Shown in pieces: positions 1-11,639 of a stretch of 64,000 bases of DNA. Below the pieces are notes generated by a model. The model saw only the letters and a program-made list of their open reading frames with translations, did no database searches and was not told the DNA's origin. The stretch's first letter is position 1; each line of letters opens with the position of its first letter. The stretch is from positions 1 through 64,000 of the forward strand of contig JAADVB010000009.1 in assembly GCA_023334545.1 (NCBI GenBank), in the 5' to 3' direction. The translations under genes and the position numbers were made by a program. This DNA is from Salisapilia sapeloensis CBS 127946. Taxonomy: Eukaryota; Protista; Oomycota.

Positions 1-508
1 CGACAATGAGATTGAGACGTTCTGTCGCATCATTATGGAGAACCCGAAGAAGTACATGCGATCCATCTTCCTGAGCGTCTACGGCAAGATTTGCACTGGC
101 CTTGCTAAACAGCACGCGCACGTTGCCAACATGCGGAAGCTTGAATACATGATGCAGCATCATTCTAAACAGGATGGCTCTTCGAACCGAAAGGTGGCTG
201 ACTGCGAAGTATGCGGAGGCAAACTCAAGGGCAACGCAAAGCCGTGTCGTCTGTGCTGCCAAATGCTGTGCAAACGCTGCCAGATCAAGCAAGAGATTTG
301 CTTCATCATGCCTGACGCTGAGCTGAAAAAACCCAAGATCAGCTTCTGCGCTGCATGCGTGCACCGAGTAGCCAAGATGGATTCGTACGCTATCGCTTCG
401 GACCAGATCCGGATTGAGCAGGGCGGTCGTCCAGCTGCAAAAACGAATGCATCCGCCTCCGCTGCCAGTTCTTTTTCGAACTCGCGTAGCGCGGACAGCG
501 GAATGTAA
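1..508 (+). CDS. 3' part of a FYVE-like zinc finger protein (probably START+FYVE family); gene starts left of the window
   Basis: Frame open from base 2 to the stop at 506-508. Eight-Cys pattern CEVC...CRLCCQMLCKRC...FCAAC followed by a Ser/Ala-rich tail. Confidence 0.75.
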   Translation, partial: DNEIETFCRIIMENPKKYMRSIFLSVYGKICTGLAKQHAHVANMRKLEYMMQHHSKQDGSSNRKVADCEVCGGKLKGNAKPCRLCCQMLCKRCQIKQEICFIMPDAELKKPKISFCAACVHRVAKMDSYAIASDQIRIEQGGRPAAKTNASASAASSFSNSRSADSGM

Positions 509-1748
509 CGCCATTTACATCAATTCTTTTGTGCTGAAAATAACAAGCGTGTACATGTTACTTTTATCTGTTCTTGTTGTTACACGTGAGGAGTAGTGTC
601 TACTAACGTGAGCCTGGTTCAAGCCGACATTGTTTGCATGTGCTCGTATTCGATGACGAGCGCACTTCAAGTGAAAGAAGGCACGTTCAAGCACACAAGA
701 CCGATCAGTCCATTCAAGAGCGTTGGGACGATAGCTTCCTCATTAGCACGATGTCAGTCGGCAAGCCCACAGGCTCTATAAGCATCGATGATCGACCGCA
801 TGCACGATAAATGTTATCAGAGCTGTGCTCATGTCGTAGTGGTCGTTGCAGACAACACCAAGCAAGTGATGGCTACTCTCTTCCAGTGACAGATTCTTGC
901 CGTACCCACAGCCGGCCGCATAACCTGAAATCATGTCACGTCGTCGAGTTGCACTATTGCGCTCTCTTGCTTTAACTTTTTCCGCATACAGGTATCCCGT
1001 GCGATCTGTAGAGACATCATCGCATGGATCTTGAAAGGGATCATAGCTTCAAGCGAACTTCAAGTTAGTGGATTTTGTTTCCATAGTTCCTTTTCATTCG
1101 CAAGTTGCCACGGTTTTAGTTTTTTCTCGAGCAATAAACGCTTCACCTTGCTAAGATTTTGTTATGGCGCTACATGACTCTGTGATGCGGTGTACGCTTA
1201 GATAGAGATTTGGCATGACAAATGCCTTTTATCTATGTGACTTTTACCTGGTTTCAATGTTATGATGAGCGTATACTTCGTCATTCTTGCAAATTATTCA
1301 CTTTGCATAAAGCAATACCTTCTTTAGTGGTTGCGTGGAAACTAACTATTGTTCTGTAGCGAGAGGCGTTTATGGTTGTGTCGGTTTTCGATCAATAGAA
1401 ACCAGCTCATTTGTTTGCATGTCAGCGGAATATAGCAAGAGCTGCTCCCTGAAAATAGTATATGTTTGTCATTTAAAAATAGAAAAATGAGCACCAGCTA
1501 TACTTATCAATTTAATCTGGTGGCTTTTTTGTCGCTCATATTCTACCGGCCTGCGTGATGCCTATCTCAGCTACGCAACTACAATGCAATTATAACATAC
1601 CAATCTATCTCAGTCTCGTGCATAAAAGCAAAATGTCCGGAGCACCATCATGCACTAGCTTGATGGTCCAAGGTAAGTTGCAAGATGCCCAGAGGTTTCT
1701 TTTAAAAGATTATAATTTATATTATAATGGCATGTAAGTTCTTAACAA

Positions 1749-1819
1749 GCGCCGTTGGTTTAGTGGTAAAATATCTCGTTGCCATCGAGATGCCCCGGGT
1801 TCGATTCCCGGACGGCGCA
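1749..1819 (+). tRNA. trnG-GCC: tRNA-Gly(GCC), 71 nt, intronless
   Basis: Acceptor stem GCGCCGT/ACGGCGC, A-box TGGTTTAGTGG, anticodon arm TCTCG-TTGCCAT-CGAGA, T-loop GGTTCGATTCC, discriminator A. Confidence 0.97.
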
Positions 1820-1820
1820 A

Positions 1821-1825
1821 TTTTT
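1821..1825 (+). terminator. Pol III oligo(T) terminator of tRNA-Gly
   Basis: TTTTT one base after the tRNA 3' end; a second T5 run follows about 9 nt later. Confidence 0.75.
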
Positions 1826-2423
1826 GGGAGCATTTTTGGCCAAATTCACTAGAAGGAAGATGGACTGTATGTGAAGCTTAAGATGGTGGCAGCTACCTCT
1901 ATTCATTGTTGATTGCTTCCTATCACTATTCCACGATGAAATGTAGTTAAAACACAAGTATTCATCAAAACATATTTAAGATTACTACGCGCATTCAATT
2001 TTTTTAAGTGAGCTAAATTAGTTCCGATCTACTTACATTATCCATTGATCATCACGTCACGCATTTTTATGACTGCAAGACTCCCGAGCTTGACCCTCTT
2101 TTGTTTCAGAAGTTTCCAAGTGATGACTTTAATATTCCCTGACTTGAAGGTAACCGAGAGTAGTTCACGAGCACAGCATCCATCTTGCGGAAGATCAGTG
2201 ATACTCTATAAGTTTAGCTATTACTTAAGGCTTGAATTATAAAAGAGCAAGCAAGCGACCGATAGCTCTATGGGCTCTTGGTGGACAGATGTAAACGACT
2301 AAAGATAGTCGATACGTTCGCGTAGTAAGCATGGGTATTCTATTCATCTTATACGATCCAAAAGATATCGTCCACATCTTCCTGCCTGGCAATTTAGCCG
2401 TAATCTCTTTGTCTTTTAGCTCT

Positions 2424-5400
2424 TCATTCAGAATAGTCATTTTCGTGGTGACTACTCTTTATCTCGGATAAAAGCTCACTTGCTCGTTCGATCACGGGAG
2501 TTGGACATCCAGCCAAGGCAGCCGTGTGGACGCCATAGGACTTTGTAGCTAGTCCCGGTACAACCCGGTGTGAAAATATCAGTTGCGTCGTCATAGCGTC
2601 GTTCTTTCCTTCCGACTTGTTCCTCTCCAATACTTCCATCCGATGCAACTGCACTTGTTTCCGAACATCCTCGTCTACTACTTTGTCTAAAGACTTGAAA
2701 TGAGACGCAAACAGTGTCCGGACATTCTTTCGAGACAAGTTTTCTAGCACTGCAGCTGCAATCGCAAGACCGTCATCTACCGCAGTCCCTCGACCCACTT
2801 CGTCCATAACCACAAACGAACGTGGCGTAGCTTGTGTCAATATCGTCGCCGTCTCTTGCATCTCCACCATAAACGTACTTCTGTCTGCTGCTAACTCATC
2901 AGCTGAACCGACACGACAGAAGAGCTTATCTACAAGTCCTACTCGAGCAAAGTTCGCCGGTACATAGCTCCCAATCTGTGCCAAGACGACCAAATGTGCA
3001 TTCTGGCGTAAGAAGGTGCTCTTGCCGCCCATATTCGGTCCCGTCAACAGCATACATCCACCAGACTGAAGACTATCGGTTTGTATCTCATCCATACCAT
3101 TCGCTATTAAGTGCAAGTCATTCGGAACGAACGCTCGAATGATGTTCGAGTTTTTGCCACGCAAATGGGCCGATTCGACGACAGCATGTCGACCTTGGTC
3201 TATGTGCAGTTCTCGACTGGTGTCTAGCTCTGGTCGACTAAAGTTCTGCTGCAAAGCTGTGTGTGCATGGGAAGTGAGAACATCCAAGTAGGATAATTGT
3301 CTAGCCATGGCTTGCAATGGTTCTAATAGCGAAAGCACTTCCTGGCGTAGTTTGAGGAAAATTTCGTCTTCTAATCGTTCAACCTCTTGAGAAGCTTCTA
3401 AAACATTACGATTGAGCTGTCGAAGGTCCTCTGGTCGGTATCGGACAGCATTCTTAAGCGATCGAAACGGAAGCGCTTCGTTCATGACACTCCATTCTGG
3501 TGTTTGAATTAGACGATTGTGCTCTTCGTGTGGGATTTCAAGGAAAAACCCTTTCTCTGCTTGGAAGATCACACGCAATCGGTTCGACTTGAGCAGTTTT
3601 CGATACTTTTCTTGAAGCTCCGTCCGCACTGATGTTGCAGAACGCGCATCAGTGTACACAAGCTCACGCCATTGATCTAGTTCCTCGCTATATCCTGTTG
3701 CTACGAATCCTCTTCGGTTATTAAGACCTGTCATATCGTCTTTTACTGCTGCCTGTATCTCCTGCGCCACTGCCGCTATTCGGTTTTCGTCAGATGCATC
3801 GTCGACACCTGATCCTTTCAGACGTGCGCAACACTCTTGAATGATAGATGGCATGTCTACGCCAGTACCAACAGTCTTTTCGCTGCGTTTACGATGGTTT
3901 TCAAGGAACGATGCAAGGTTTCCAGCTTGCAGGATTGTCATGGAAATGTTCTTAAGGTCTCTAGGTGTACCTGCACTGACCGATAGTCGTTGCAAGCTCC
4001 GTTCCATGTCGAAAATGTCTTCCAAGTGCTTGCGAGTAGACTGCAGTAGTCGTTCTTGCTCAAAGAAATATGTTACAGCGTCCAATCGGTCATTTAGTTT
4101 GTCAAGGTTTAGCAATGGAGCTGCTAGGTGAGAGGCGAGAAGTCGAGATCCTCCTGGCGTAATCGTCGCATCAATTGCTGCAAGTAAGCTAGAAGCCTTG
4201 GATCCTGCGAGTGACTTGGACAGTTCAAGTGCCTTCCACGCACTCGAGTCAATAAGCATATTGTCAGATGATTCAACATGTTGCGGTGGTCGTGCCAACA
4301 CCCGTTTCTGTTGCTGTGTAAAGTCAACGTAGTCTACGACAGCTCCGATTGCATGTTGTTCCGTCTTGTGTAAGGATGAGATGAAGGAACCTTCACGCAC
4401 ATACCTATCGCGTGCTTTAGAGCCGTCAAACGTTTCCAACGGGCGATAAGTCCGCATGCATTCCGATGGAAGTGCAGTTTCTAAAAGCTCTTTGACTGGT
4501 GTCATTGAGCTGTCGTCTGCATCTGCATGCTGGAAGGTTGACGGGAGTAGAATCTCTTTTGGTGCACACCGAGCGATGGCACTTGCCAGTCGGTCTGTGG
4601 TTGCAATAGTGGATACGAATTCACCAGTGGACAGATCTGCCCATGCGAGTCCCCACGTTTGTTCGCTTTCTGTAGAGGATGCACCTGTAGGTGGAAATAA
4701 AGCTGCTAAATTATTGTTTTCTTCTGGCGTAAGCATATTGTCTTCGACTAATGAGCCTGGAGTCACCACTCGAACTACCTGTCTGTCTACGATAGATGCA
4801 TTTCCTCGCTTCCGAGCAACTGATGCTGCCTGTTCGATATTGTCAGCCCGACTAATTCGATTTGGTATTGACAATGAAACACAAGTACCTCAACTTGCTC
4901 ACAAATGGCAACCTTTAGACCATGATGCATCACCTGTACATATTGGAAAGTTAATTTGCATCGTCTAGATGGCGAATGCTTTAATATGGCTGAACGTACA
5001 AGTTTTTCCACATGAGTATTGAGAGAGGATACTGGGAAACCGCACATTTTACTATCTTCCGACTGCTTTGTCCTTTTAGCCAACGCTAGACCAAGTAGCT
5101 AGCAAACGCATCAATATATAGTTGACATCATGACTGCGTACTGTCTTACTCGAGAAGCTTTGGTCGCATCATCACCAAAAAATTCAAAGAAATCGCCGAC
5201 TTGGAAGAGCAACATACAGTCTAAAGGCAGATATGTGCACTTAGGTCATTGGACAGTAAATCAGTACGAAGCAAAAGCTGTAATTACCTGGATACTCCTT
5301 TTTGCGCTGACGGTACTGCTTAGCGAGAGGCGTATTGCCACTCACAGTAGCCAACGATCGAGTCAAACGATTTCCATTATAAGTTTCCTTTGGTATATGC

Positions 5401-5474
5401 ACCAAGGATGTCCTAGGTGTCCATGCATGAGCTGTATTTACTTGCCATCGACGCCAATTACTCCAGCGCCACAT
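2424..5474 (-). CDS. mutS: DNA mismatch repair protein MutS (MutS1/MSH1-like, probably mitochondrial), 5 exons, 935 aa
   Basis: Exons 5474-5288, 5220-5150, 5098-5000, 4933-4889, 4829-2424, all GT-AG and frame-consistent. Domain I has TPLAKQY..KKEYP, LLFQVGDFFEFFGDDA, KVAICEQ, RQVVRVVTPG. ATPase has TGPNMGGKST, STFMVEM, DEVGRGT, SYGVHTA. Arg/Trp/Ser-rich N-terminus. Confidence 0.92.
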
Positions 5475-5602
5475 TGTCTACTGTCCATGTCATACTTGAT
5501 GTCCATCGATCTGCACGTGATTGGCAGAAAATCTATATGATGACATTGATTGGACAAAACCACAGTCTTGATATAAAGTGGGCACATAACACGAATACGT
5601 AA

Positions 5603-7173
5603 ATGGAGACCAAGGGTACCGAGGGTAAGACGACAGTCTATGTGTCATCACGCAAGAGCGATCTTGCCATGGCCCAGACGAATGAAGTCGTGGGTAAGCT
5701 ACAGGTACATTTGCTATAAATATTTTATTACCACGTAGGGACACCCAAAACATCATGGTGTGGACTGACGGGATGAACAATGGCCGCAATTGACCCATGC
5801 ATGCAATAGGAATGCTTCCCAAACATTGAATTTGTCATTGGCCAAGAAGACTCGCTCGGAGACAAGGTATGCACACATCCTAGCATGCGATACAAGTATA
5901 AACGACTGACGAGAACTCTATTGTGATTTGAATAGGACCAAAAGAGCCACTTGAGCGACCTTGGCACATCGATGAATACTGGAGTCTTCACCAAGTCGCT
6001 CGAGGTACCTTTCAACTTGCAATAGTAAAGATAGTATCATGCTAAATTCTGTATCGTTAGGAGCAACTTATTGCTGGCAAAACCGCCTTTGCGGTCCACT
6101 CTTTGAAGGACATGCCAACGCAGCTACCTCCTGGACTGATGTTGGCATCCATCACTAAGCGTGCCGGCCCAGAAGATGCTGTCATTCTCCACCCGAAGCA
6201 CAAGGCAAATGGAATCACTAAGCTAGAGCAACTGCCAGAGGGTAGTGTCATCGGCACCAGTTCATTACGTCGTGAAGCGCTTCTCTTACAGTACGTCTAT
6301 TTAACCACTCGACCTCGTCTCTCGTTCTCATGGGAGTACTCTATAGCTTGCACCCATCGTTTACTATCAAAACGATTCGTGGCAACATCCACACGCGATT
6401 GTCCAAATTGGAGAATGGAGACGACTACGATGCGATCGTCATTGCCGCCTGTGGCTATAAGCGTGTTGGCATGGGAGATCGACTTGATCAGGTAGCTTTC
6501 ACACGACAAAAAACTTCCTTAAGACACATCTGAATTGTATTTTACAGATTCTATCTGCGGATACCTTTGGCTATGGTGTCGGCCAAGCTAGTATCGGCAT
6601 CGAATGCCGTATTGGCGACCAAGAGGTACATTTCTTCCGCTACTTGTTCGATGAAGAGAAATACTGAGTATGCGTGGCATGGTGCAGACTCTAGATATGG
6701 TGCGTAAAGTCCAGGATGAAGTCTCTGCCCAGCAGTGTCTCGCGGAGAGAAGTCTGCTGTATCATATTGAAGGAGGCTGCCAGGTTCGATACAATAGACA
6801 CATCATTGCTGTATCCATCGCACTAACTCTAGTCTGATTAGATCGCTATGGGTGTGAACACGACGATGGACGGAGACGAGCTGACTCTTACTGCGACTGT
6901 GTTGTCGAGAGATGGCAAGCAGAGCGTCCGAGGTTTGCTACATCTTCAACAGTATATAGAGACACTTGGTTCTTACCCGCTTGAATAGACACTGCTTCTG
7001 GCAACCTTGCGGATGCGGAAGCGATTGGTAAGTCTCTTGCCGAAAAGTTGCTTCAGCATGAACTCGCGGCTGCGTTGATTGGAGACGCTCGTGAGAAGAG
7101 AGTACCGACGTATGGCAGTGCAGAGACACCAGGAGATGCTGCTGCTGCCGCTGCCGCTGCTGCGAAGCAATAA
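5603..7173 (+). CDS. hemC: Porphobilinogen deaminase (hydroxymethylbilane synthase), 9 exons
   Basis: Exons 5603-5704, 5810-5866, 5936-6004, 6061-6290, 6347-6491, 6548-6625, 6688-6783, 6842-6932, 6989-7173. Motifs [44 protein letters not shown], and EGGCQ with the cofactor Cys. Confidence 0.95.
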
Positions 7174-7295
7174 TAGAGGTAGACGATGCCAGCTGCAGAT
7201 ACTTTGCTCATCACAAGACAGTGTGCAGACTGATTCAAATACAAACACTGTGCTGAAAAGATGCTAGTGGACATCTTGAATGATTGCGGAGTAGT

Positions 7296-7832
7296 TTATG
7301 CTACTCGGCAGTTGTCTTCCTTCGTACGGGTCGATGTACTGGCTGTGATCGTTGTATTTGTTAGAATCCATTTCTCCATCATTCGTGGCATTGGTACAGG
7401 CGCACACTCCATGTCATCCCACAAGTACAAATGACTTTCGTCCATATCTGCACGCATCTGCTGTAGCTTGGAGTAATTCTTGTCGACATGCCGTTGGAAA
7501 TCTGTTGGTGGTCGGACATGATGGCACTTGATGTAATGCCACAAGCCTTCTGGCCAGCAGTAGGTACCGTCCGTCATGGTACATGCTCCCATGACTTTCG
7601 GATCGTCTTGAGACTCGACACACTCCGAAAAGCGACAAAAGCTATAGCCTAGCTCATAGCTTTCGACAAAGGCACCACTTGTCAAGTACCAGTATAGTTT
7701 ATTCACTATTTCTGGGTTTCCCTTAATCCAAGCGTCGTCCACAAGCTCCCGAGGGTCCAGACGATCATCTGCATCGCCACCAGTGGATAGTTTACGCTCC
7801 AGGTCGCACCAAAACCCCACTTCCTTTAGCAT
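7296..7832 (-). CDS. Hypothetical Cys/His-rich protein, 178 aa, intronless
   Basis: ATG-initiated ORF with globular composition and motif-like segments VGFW, DPRELVD, GYSFCRF, TDGTYCWPEGLWHY, HHVRPP. No family name I can assign. Confidence 0.75.
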   Translation of the reverse strand: MLKEVGFWCDLERKLSTGGDADDRLDPRELVDDAWIKGNPEIVNKLYWYLTSGAFVESYELGYSFCRFSECVESQDDPKVMGACTMTDGTYCWPEGLWHYIKCHHVRPPTDFQRHVDKNYSKLQQMRADMDESHLYLWDDMECAPVPMPRMMEKWILTNTTITASTSTRTKEDNCRVA

Positions 7833-7932
7833 TATGCCTTGATAAGCAAATGATTTCCAAGTTGTTTAATTTGTAGCGAATTTCTTATAATCGATTCGCT
7901 CGGACGAGATACGTTTCACATGTGTGTCAAAA

Positions 7933-10900
7933 ATGGACAAGCGACTTGATCGAACGGAGGATCATCTATGGGTCTCACCTCTGGATGAGCACAAGTACAA
8001 GTGGTTGGAGCTCCCGAATGGACTACGGGCACTTGTGATCTCGGATAAAACAGCTGAGAGAGCTGCAGCTTCACTCGCCGTTGGCGTTGGCTCATTCGCC
8101 GACCCAGAAGACATTCCTGGCTTGGCACACTTTTGTGAGCACATGCTCTTCCTTGGAACGGAAAAGTACCCGGAAGAAGCAAGCTATACACAGTACCTTT
8201 CATTGCACGGTGGATCGAGTAATGCATACACTGCGTCTCGATCTACCAATTTCTATTTTGACATCGATGCTCCGTATTTACATGGCGCACTTGATCGTTT
8301 TGCTCAGTTTTTCATAGCTCCATTGTTCACTCCCGAAGCAACACTGCGTGAAATGAAAGCAGTTGATTCTGAATTCACGAACGGCTTGCAAGATGACGAT
8401 TGGCGAAGTATGCAAACGATCCATTCTCTAGCCAATCCCGACCATCCTCTTCATAAATTTACTTGTGGCAACCTTCAGACACTACTAGAGATTCCAGAGA
8501 AAGCTGGCATCAACGTACGAGAACGACTGCTAGATTTTTATCACACCTACTACTCTGCCAATACCATGACATTGGCTGTCCACGGGCGTGAGTCGTTGGA
8601 AACGTTAAGTTCATGGGTTTTAGAGCTCTTCCAAGACGTTCGAACGACTGAAAAACTTCCTCCAAGCATGACACCGAAAGATAATGCGCTTCCTTTTACT
8701 CGAGAGCATCACTTTGGTCACGTGTTGGAAATTGCATCGATTAAAGACTTGCATTCTCTCTCACTCGTATGGATGGCACCTCCGTTCCATCGACCGAATT
8801 CCCCAATACCAGTCGACTCGTGGCACACACTGCAGACAGCGTATGTGGTCGGAGATATCATTGGCGACGAAAGCGAAGGATCTCTACTGTCTCTCCTCAG
8901 GCAGAAACAATGGGCGAATGGACTCTGGGCTGGCACCGACGACGATCATCCAGACTTTACAACCTTTTCCATTGATGTTATGCTAACAGAGAAAGGATTG
9001 GAACAACGCCGGGACGTCATTGCGTTGATCTTCCAGTTCCTAGATTTGTTGAGAAGGAATGTACCGCTCGACGCTTGGAGGTTTGAAGAGCAGCAGACGA
9101 TCGCAACGACCGAGTTCTTGTATATGGAAAGAATGCAACCAGTTTCTCTAGTACAGTTCGTCGCAGCTAACTTGCAGACATCGCCTTCCACGGACGCATT
9201 GCTGGCTCAACCACTGCATTATCCTTACAACCCTGATAGCGTCGGAAAGCTGTTGCAACTCCTGACACCAGACCGCATGATGGTTCAGATTGCCTCTAAG
9301 AATGTCGAGACAGAAGCGGAAGAAAAGTATTACGGTACAAAGTATCGTCATTATCCAGTGGATGCAAACTTTATCGCAAGTCTAAGCTCGTTGCCGACTA
9401 GTGATAGCATGAGACTACCACGTCCGAACGATTACATTTGCCGAAATTTTTCTCTTATTAAGCCACAGCAAGTTGGCCTTCACCCATCTGCTCAAGGTGT
9501 CGACTCTCTGAAAGACCCACCGAAGAAGCTTCGAGACGACGATTTCTGTCGACTATGGTACAAGCCAGATGTGCATTTTGACCGGCCACGAAGTTACATT
9601 CATCTATCGATCTATACACGTGCAGCAGACATCTCGCCTCTCACGACTGCACTGACAAATCTCTTTGTCAATTGTCTTCATGAAGAACTAGCAGAGTCGA
9701 CGTACAAAGCGATGCAGGCTGGCGTCATGTACGACGTATCGTCATCCTCCACTGCGATCCACCTAGACGTGAGTGGGTACAGTGGTAAAGTACATAAACT
9801 ACTGAATCACGTTGTCTCTCGCATGCTCTGTTTCTGCCAGGATATCACGACAGAAACCTTTGGTCGCGTCAAACGAGACATGAAACGTAGCTATGACAAT
9901 ATGCGTTTGGATGAGAGCTGTGACCAAGCGATGCAAGCATGTCGATACCTTTTGCTCGAGAACGAGTGGAGTGTGCATGACATGCGGCGAGCTATATCTC
10001 GATGCAGATTACCCATGGTGCACAACCACGCTCGTATGCTCTTCCGTCAGTGCTATCTTGAAGCCATTGTGTACGGTAACCTCGTTCAAGATGACGCTAG
10101 GAGTATCGTGTCTGATGTATTGCATAAGCTTGTTGTTGATGCTGGTACGACGCCAGTACCATTCTCTCAACTGTTCGAGTGGAGTGCACGCCACGTCCAG
10201 CTTCCGATCAAGACAGAGTGCATTTACCCTGTGGCGAACATGAACCCGAACAGTACCAACTCGGCAGTAGACGTTGAATTCGAGATAGGCCGACGGACGC
10301 TATGGGATCGTGTTTGTGTTGCAATTGTCGATCAAGTGATTCAAGATCCGTTCTTCAATCAGCTTCGTACGAATGAGCAGCTTGGATATACTGTGTTTTG
10401 CTACCCTGTCCGTCGTGCAGGCATCCAACGGTACAGACTCGTGGTACAGTCGAGTGTCGCGGCACCAGAGTATCTAGACCAACGGATCGATAGCTTTTTA
10501 CTTGATATGAGCAACTCCCTCGCGTCCATGGATACTGTCCAGTTCCAAAAGTATGTTAAGGCAGTTGCACAGGGCTATCGCGAAAGACCGAAGAATCAAG
10601 AGGAGGAGATGAATGTGCTGACGAGTGAGATCCTGAGTCAGCAGTATTCATTCGGAAGATTCGACATGCTAGCGGAATTGGCCGAAACTGTAACGCTGCC
10701 GGATGTACTCGACTTTTTCGACCAGCACCTCAGCCCTGACGCTCCCAACCGTCGAAAGTTGAGCGTTAGGGTCTACGGGAAAACCACACCTCTGGAGCAA
10801 ATGGCTTGTGACGATCTTAACGGAGCTTTGACTCTCCATGCAGCGGGTGTATCGGCAGCAACAACATTTGCACCAGAAATATCCGACGAACGGAAGGGTA

Positions 10901-10989
10901 CGAAGACAATGATAATCGAGGATCCGATTATTTTTAAACAGAGCATGGATATGCATCCAGCGGTTCGCCCATGGCAGACTTCTAGGTAA
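7933..10989 (+). CDS. IDE: Insulin-degrading enzyme-like metallopeptidase (M16A, insulysin/pitrilysin)
   Basis: Intronless. Inverted zinc motif GLAHFCEHMLFLG, SNAYT, RFAQFF, FNQLRTNEQLGY. First ATG is at 7933; the track starts at an upstream GTG (7924). Confidence 0.93.
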   Translation: MDKRLDRTEDHLWVSPLDEHKYKWLELPNGLRALVISDKTAERAAASLAVGVGSFADPEDIPGLAHFCEHMLFLGTEKYPEEASYTQYLSLHGGSSNAYTASRSTNFYFDIDAPYLHGALDRFAQFFIAPLFTPEATLREMKAVDSEFTNGLQDDDWRSMQTIHSLANPDHPLHKFTCGNLQTLLEIPEKAGINVRERLLDFYHTYYSANTMTLAVHGRESLETLSSWVLELFQDVRTTEKLPPSMTPKDNALPFTREHHFGHVLEIASIKDLHSLSLVWMAPPFHRPNSPIPVDSWHTLQTAYVVGDIIGDESEGSLLSLLRQKQWANGLWAGTDDDHPDFTTFSIDVMLTEKGLEQRRDVIALIFQFLDLLRRNVPLDAWRFEEQQTIATTEFLYMERMQPVSLVQFVAANLQTSPSTDALLAQPLHYPYNPDSVGKLLQLLTPDRMMVQIASKNVETEAEEKYYGTKYRHYPVDANFIASLSSLPTSDSMRLPRPNDYICRNFSLIKPQQVGLHPSAQGVDSLKDPPKKLRDDDFCRLWYKPDVHFDRPRSYIHLSIYTRAADISPLTTALTNLFVNCLHEELAESTYKAMQAGVMYDVSSSSTAIHLDVSGYSGKVHKLLNHVVSRMLCFCQDITTETFGRVKRDMKRSYDNMRLDESCDQAMQACRYLLLENEWSVHDMRRAISRCRLPMVHNHARMLFRQCYLEAIVYGNLVQDDARSIVSDVLHKLVVDAGTTPVPFSQLFEWSARHVQLPIKTECIYPVANMNPNSTNSAVDVEFEIGRRTLWDRVCVAIVDQVIQDPFFNQLRTNEQLGYTVFCYPVRRAGIQRYRLVVQSSVAAPEYLDQRIDSFLLDMSNSLASMDTVQFQKYVKAVAQGYRERPKNQEEEMNVLTSEILSQQYSFGRFDMLAELAETVTLPDVLDFFDQHLSPDAPNRRKLSVRVYGKTTPLEQMACDDLNGALTLHAAGVSAATTFAPEISDERKGTKTMIIEDPIIFKQSMDMHPAVRPWQTSR

Positions 10990-11343
10990 ACTCAAATAGA
11001 GTTGTATATTTCGCTTGTCGGCTTTAGAGTTTGGCTTGTGTAGAATCTTCGTCATCCTGAGCAGGAATGGACTGATCAGTCTCACAGGCTTACCAGCCAA
11101 ACTTTAGCTTGTTTCATACGTACGCACTGCTCTCTATGTTCTACAAAATAAACTTGGAATGCTTCTGTTTGCATAGAGCAGCAGACAGCATATGTATATT
11201 GCATCGTCCATCTATTCCGTGCATGAACTCCAAGGTCACGACGCCTACGTTGCTCCGTATAAGCAAAGTACACTCATAAGGAGCACAGCTCTAGACATCG
11301 TATTTTTTTATGTCTGTCAGCATGCTTTAAGCTACCGAAAGCT

Positions 11344-11368
11344 GCTAAAAGCTAAAAGCTAAAAGCTA
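11344..11368 (+). repeat. Short tandem repeat (GCTAAAA)x3.5
   Basis: gctaaaa-gctaaaa-gctaaaa-gcta read directly. Confidence 0.85.
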
Positions 11369-11557
11369 TTCTACTGAGTCATTAGAGGTCATAATGAGTA
11401 GCTACGGATCTGAGCCCAATGACGCATTACACCTCATAAATCTTTAACTTCAAGATACATACGAACTCTGAGATTAAGATACCGGTCTCAAAAGTTATTA
11501 ATCAACGTCAAGTTGTCAAGATAGATGTATCCATTTACCATCAGCTACATTTCATGG

Positions 11558-11575
11558 GCTCACTTCTACTCTTTC
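11558..11575 (+). promoter_or_regulatory. Candidate oomycete initiator/FPR core promoter element for the PARP gene
   Basis: GCTCACTTCTACTCTTTC resembles the oomycete GCTCATTYBNNNWTTY consensus and lies about 65-80 bp upstream of the ATG. Confidence 0.4.
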
Positions 11576-11639
11576 TGAAACGGACAAAAAGGAAGATCTT
11601 CGACCCTCAAAAGCATTTTTAAACGGCACTACTGCAACG

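Noticed and set aside
870-1160. Protein-looking minus-strand frame (KVKRLLLEKKLKPWQLANEKELWKQNPLT*SSLEAMIPF...) broken by stops
   Set aside because: No start codon, splice support or recognisable family. It could be a decayed element but cannot be supported without TBLASTN.
7135-7164. (GCT/GCC)n tract encoding nine alanines at the HemC C-terminus
   Set aside because: Ordinary coding microsatellite in a variable tail.
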